From contig CAWIVT010000006.1 of the NCBI GenBank assembly GCA_963839635.1, forward strand, positions 470,936-534,935: a stretch of DNA of 64,000 nt, in the 5' to 3' direction. Every line of letters begins with the position of its first letter. Position 1 is the stretch's first letter. The notes below the pieces were generated by a model. It saw nothing but the letters and a program-made list of their open reading frames with translations. It was not told where the DNA came from and did not search any database. Origin of the DNA: an uncultured Chloroflexia bacterium. GTDB lineage: Bacteria; Chloroflexota; Limnocylindria; QHBO01. The translations under genes and the position numbers were made by a program. Below, piece after piece: positions 60,592-64,000 of the stretch.

Positions 60592-61095
60592 CTACGCGGC
60601 CTCCCGCCGTGGAGCACGCGTCATGACCGGGGCGTGATCCGTCCTTCCATCGGCCCAGTAGAGGGCACGTTCCGGCGTGACCTCGATGACCGCCCGCTCG
60701 AAGAAGAGCGGCAATGCCACGCGGACCTTGAGGAAATCGTCGATGGAGGGCTCCTTTTCGCGCCAGAGGCGCAGGATCAGGCGCTCCCAATCGGAGTGTG
60801 GATCCTCCTCGATCAGCCGCGCGGTGCCCTGGATCGTCACGCGGTCGCGATTTCCCCTGGTGGCCACCGGGTCGCTGATGGCGAGCGAGACGCGCGGATC
60901 GCGCTTGATGTGCTCGAGCTTCTTGCTGAAGAGCGTCGACGAGTGAAGGTAGATCTTCCCCTCGTGGTACAGCGGGATGAGCGGGTGGGTGACCGGCCGC
61001 CCATTGTGGCCGACGACCGTCAGCTCACCTACGAGCGCGACGTCGAGGAGCCGCTCAACCGCGTCAGGTAGCCATCCCATCGGGATCTCCGTCAT
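60592..61095 (-). CDS. Pyridoxamine 5'-phosphate oxidase-family (FMN/F420 split-barrel) protein
   Basis: Intact 167-aa ORF. Strings: LVGELTVVGHNGRPVTHPLIPLYHEGKIYLHSS, RDPRVSLAISD, RVTIQGTARL. Its TAG stop is immediately followed by the ATG of the prenyltransferase gene. Confidence 0.65.
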   Translation of the reverse strand: MTEIPMGWLPDAVERLLDVALVGELTVVGHNGRPVTHPLIPLYHEGKIYLHSSTLFSKKLEHIKRDPRVSLAISDPVATRGNRDRVTIQGTARLIEEDPHSDWERLILRLWREKEPSIDDFLKVRVALPLFFERAVIEVTPERALYWADGRTDHAPVMTRAPRREAA

Positions 61096-61170
61096 GGTTG
61101 CGAAACGTGTTACCGCAGTCTAGCACATTAGGCCGGCGACGCCGCCCGGCTGGGCTACACTGCGCGCGCC

Positions 61171-62160
61171 ATGACCGACCCCACGGAGCACTCGCTCGTC
61201 ATCCTTGCCCGTCATCCGGACGGATCCATCGAAGAGCTGGCGCCCGAGCGCATCGACGAGATCGACCGGCTGACCGATCGCGAGGGCACGCTGGTCTGGG
61301 TCAGCGCGATTGCTCCCGATGAGCCGGAGATCGACGCCGTCGGTCGCGAGTTCCGACTTCATCCGCTTGCGCTCGAGGACCTTCGGAAGCAGCACCAGCG
61401 CCCGAAGATCGACACCTACGAGCAGCAGCACATGATCGTCGCCTACGAGGCGGTGGCCGATGCGCCCGATGGCCTGTCGGAGATCCACATCTTCGTCGGC
61501 GCCGGGTGGCTGTTGAGCGTCACGTGGACGTCCACGCCGATGTGCGACGCGGTGCGGCACGCGTTCGCGAACCGGCAGAAGAGCGCGATCGACACGACCG
61601 GCGAGCTCCTCTACGCCCTGCTCGACGCCGCCGTCGACAGCTACTTCCCGCTGCTCGATGGCATCTCCGAGCGCATCGACGCGCTCGAGGACCGCGTCCT
61701 CGAGGGAGACGCCGACCGCGAGGGGCTGGCCGAGATCCTCTTCCTGAAGCGCCGGCTGCTCGAGCTGCGACGCGTTCTTGCGCCGATGCGCGACGTCGCG
61801 AATGCCCTCCTGCGTCGCGACCTCGAAATCGTGGACGCCTCCTCGGTCCCGTACTACCAGGACCTGTACGACCACGTGGTCCGCGTCCTGGACCAGGTCG
61901 ATATCTACCGCGACCTCCTGGCAGCTGTGCTCGATGCGAGGCTGACCGTCGCCAGCAACGGCCTCAACGCGATCATGAAGCGCCTGACGGCCTTCACCGT
62001 GGTGCTCATGGTGCCAACGCTCATCGCCGGCATCTACGGCATGAACTTCGACCACATGCCTGAGCTCCGGTGGCCGTTGGGGTATCCGATCGCCCTCCTC
62101 GTCATGGCGGCGACGGTCGCCATCGCCGTCGCCTTCTTCCGCCGCAGGGGCTGGTTCTAG
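61171..62160 (+). CDS. corA: Magnesium/cobalt transporter CorA
   Basis: Intact 329-aa ORF. It has two C-terminal TM helices and the signature YGMNFDHMPE. Confidence 0.92.
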   Translation: MTDPTEHSLVILARHPDGSIEELAPERIDEIDRLTDREGTLVWVSAIAPDEPEIDAVGREFRLHPLALEDLRKQHQRPKIDTYEQQHMIVAYEAVADAPDGLSEIHIFVGAGWLLSVTWTSTPMCDAVRHAFANRQKSAIDTTGELLYALLDAAVDSYFPLLDGISERIDALEDRVLEGDADREGLAEILFLKRRLLELRRVLAPMRDVANALLRRDLEIVDASSVPYYQDLYDHVVRVLDQVDIYRDLLAAVLDARLTVASNGLNAIMKRLTAFTVVLMVPTLIAGIYGMNFDHMPELRWPLGYPIALLVMAATVAIAVAFFRRRGWF

Positions 62161-62192
62161 GACACGGCACGCAGCCTGCATCGGTCACAGGC

Positions 62193-62360
62193 ATGACCAT
62201 TCAGCAGCCACCCGACGACGAGATGCCGACGCCCCGCCCGGACGAGACGCCGGACGAGACGCCGATCGACACACCGCCGGAGCCGGAGCAGCGCGCTCCC
62301 GGACAGGAGCACGCGCCGATGGGTGCTCCGCGCGACGAGCCCGACCCCGAGATGGCCTGA
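62193..62360 (+). CDS. Small acidic Pro/Glu/Asp-rich hypothetical protein (55 aa)
   Basis: ATG at 62193 within ORF 62070..62360 gives MTIQQPPDDEMPTPRPDETPDETPIDTPPEPEQRAPGQEHAPMGAPRDEPDPEMA. It is low-complexity, so coding status is uncertain. Confidence 0.3.
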   Translation: MTIQQPPDDEMPTPRPDETPDETPIDTPPEPEQRAPGQEHAPMGAPRDEPDPEMA

Positions 62361-62363
62361 CGC

Positions 62364-64000
62364 TCAGCCGTCTCCCGCGCCGCCGTGGCCGCCGCCACGG
62401 CTCAACCTGACGCGCATGACCGACGGGTCATGGTCGCTCGCCTGGTCGAAGAACTCGGCGTTGACGTGGACGACGTCGTACGTCGGTGAGCGCCGCAGGA
62501 CTGCATCGCTGACCAGGATCTGGTCGAGCACCTGTGAGTTGCCGTCGAACACGTAGCTGTACTGCTCGCGCCGTGACACCTCATCGAACAGCGTGGTCAG
62601 CACGGGGTCGCCGTCCGCAGCCCCGGTCAGGATCTCCACGGTCTCGCTGAACTGGAAGTCATTGATGTCTCCCAGCACCACGACGTTGGCCCCGGGCTCG
62701 ATGGCGATGATCTCGTCGACGAAATCGTTGATCACCTGTGCCTGCCCGTGGCGCCAGCCGTCCGTATCGCCTCCCACCGGGTTCTCGAACTCGGTGTACC
62801 GCACGGGGGGCTGCCAGCGCCCGAAGAGCGGGTCGTCACCCCCCTTGGAGCTGAAGTGGTTGGCGATGACGATCACCGTCTCGCCCTGCCACAGGAACTC
62901 GCCGGCGAGCCCCTTGCGCGTGCTGTTGAAGGCCGGATCATCGGTCCCGATGCGGCCGGGACTGAACTGCAGCTGAGCCGCGGCGTCATCGCCGGTGCCG
63001 ACGCTCACGACCCCGGTGTCGACGGTCGACGTGCCACCCGGGCGGTCGACGAACTGGACGCCGCGATCGGTCCGGAACAGGAAGCCGACGCGGATGTTGC
63101 CGCCCGGCTGCCCACCATCGGCGTTGTCGACCGGATCGATCTGCCGGTACTCGTAGACCGGTCCGCCGGCGGCCTGGATGGCGGCGATCAGCGAGCCCCA
63201 CGAGAGGTCCGCCGCCGTGGTTCCGTCATTGGTTCCGCCGGTGTTGTCCTGGATCTCCTCGATGGCCAGGATGTCGGGCGCCGCCAGGTTCTGCGCGATC
63301 AGCGCACCCAGGCGGGCAACGTCGTCGGCGCCGTCGTCATCGGCCGGATTCGGATCGAGATTCTCGACGTTGAACGTCGCGATGCTCAGCTCGCGGGAGC
63401 GGGCGGCACGCGTGAACTCGCGCTCCAGGCCGTTGTCGACCCGCACGAGGGTGGTCGTCACGAGCAGCTTGAAGTTGCCGAAGTCATAGTCCAGGGCGCC
63501 GAAGACCGGCGTGGTGAACGAGTCGCCCACGTTGAGGTCCGGCATCTGCGGACGCCCCACGATCGCGTCGTCGAGGATGACGCGCTCGGGATTGAAGTCC
63601 GACGGTGTGACGAGCACACCGCCACGCGCGGAGCGGGGGCCGGCGCGGGAGCCACGGTCAGCCACGACCGGGATCTCCCCGAAGCCGTTGGTCGGGCCGA
63701 CGGCGACGGCATTGTTGATGCGCAGGTACTGACCCTCCAGGCTCTCCCAGAAGTCGATCCCGTCCTGCGCCGGATCGAAGGTGCCACCGGCGTTCTCGAC
63801 CGAACCGCCGACCGAGTCGTTGTCGATCACCTCGCTCGGCGGCACGCGGCCACCGTTGCCGACCAGGGTGACCGGGAGGACGTTGTCACTGGACACGACG
63901 GTGATGCGCAGCGGGTTCGTTGCCGAGTTCGCGTGGGTCAGCTCGGTCGTCGTGAGGTTGTCGCTGCTGGCGCCGCCGGCGCGGAACTCGACCACGCGGC
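62364..64000 (-). CDS. ExeM/NucH-like extracellular nuclease (endonuclease/exonuclease/phosphatase fold); 5' end beyond the right edge
   Basis: ORF 62364..63995 stays open to the window edge. EEP-type strings: LSIATFNVENL, PDILAIEEIQDN, VIANHFSSKGGD, VVLGDINDF, QASDHDPSVM. Confidence 0.75.
   Translation of the reverse strand, partial: RVVEFRAGGASSDNLTTTELTHANSATNPLRITVVSSDNVLPVTLVGNGGRVPPSEVIDNDSVGGSVENAGGTFDPAQDGIDFWESLEGQYLRINNAVAVGPTNGFGEIPVVADRGSRAGPRSARGGVLVTPSDFNPERVILDDAIVGRPQMPDLNVGDSFTTPVFGALDYDFGNFKLLVTTTLVRVDNGLEREFTRAARSRELSIATFNVENLDPNPADDDGADDVARLGALIAQNLAAPDILAIEEIQDNTGGTNDGTTAADLSWGSLIAAIQAAGGPVYEYRQIDPVDNADGGQPGGNIRVGFLFRTDRGVQFVDRPGGTSTVDTGVVSVGTGDDAAAQLQFSPGRIGTDDPAFNSTRKGLAGEFLWQGETVIVIANHFSSKGGDDPLFGRWQPPVRYTEFENPVGGDTDGWRHGQAQVINDFVDEIIAIEPGANVVVLGDINDFQFSETVEILTGAADGDPVLTTLFDEVSRREQYSYVFDGNSQVLDQILVSDAVLRRSPTYDVVHVNAEFFDQASDHDPSVMRVRLSRGGGHGGAGDG

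Overview
This is a very GC-rich bacterial chromosomal segment; third codon positions are almost all G/C. The gene content looks Actinomycetota- or Chloroflexota-like (inference): F420-type LLM oxidoreductases, MMPL/TetR, an Eis-like GNAT, ArsA with an HSP20-like tail, and an aa3-type oxidase with CtaA/CtaB/CtaG. I can support about 58 protein genes and one tRNA-Gly(UCC). I saw no transposase, integrase, phage gene, CRISPR array or rRNA, so this reads as core chromosome rather than an accessory island.

Gene order, left to right:
- GAF-GGDEF cyclase, YpfJ-like peptidase, GH15 hydrolase, LLM oxidoreductase, ArsA-like ATPase
- tRNA-Gly, malic enzyme, CoA-transferase, second LLM, SprT-like protein
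- Divergent MMPL/TetR pair, then a giant secreted repeat protein
- UMF1-type MFS, GDPD, HerA-like DUF853 ATPase, S9 peptidase, TrxB
- A translationally coupled methyltransferase / FAD-oxidoreductase / SRPBCC / ketosynthase cassette
- Orphan response regulator and IspG
- Minus-strand ctaC-ctaD-ctaE-subunit IV-TlpA operon, a lipoprotein, ctaG, ctaB, ctaA
- MOSC-GNAT, MpaB-like protein, rhomboid, Eis-like GNAT, DHA2 MFS, DUF2891
- LacI-regulated sugar ABC locus with two glycoside hydrolases
- Moco oxidoreductase, tryptophanase/TPL-like lyase, DUF427, PNPOx plus UbiA prenyltransferase, CorA, and an ExeM/NucH-like nuclease running off the right edge

Two sequence-level observations dominate:
1. A 1.4-kb array of perfectly identical 390-bp tandem repeats sits inside the giant surface protein gene.
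2. By manual reading there are roughly fifty reading-frame breaks. They are strongly clustered at 2.9-7.6 kb, 36.9-40.7 kb and 59.5-59.9 kb, while stretches of 9-12 kb have none.

Because of these breaks, many genes appear only as fragments in the ORF track and I stitched them by following family motifs. Many of the longest listed ORFs are antisense or out-of-frame artefacts of the GC content.
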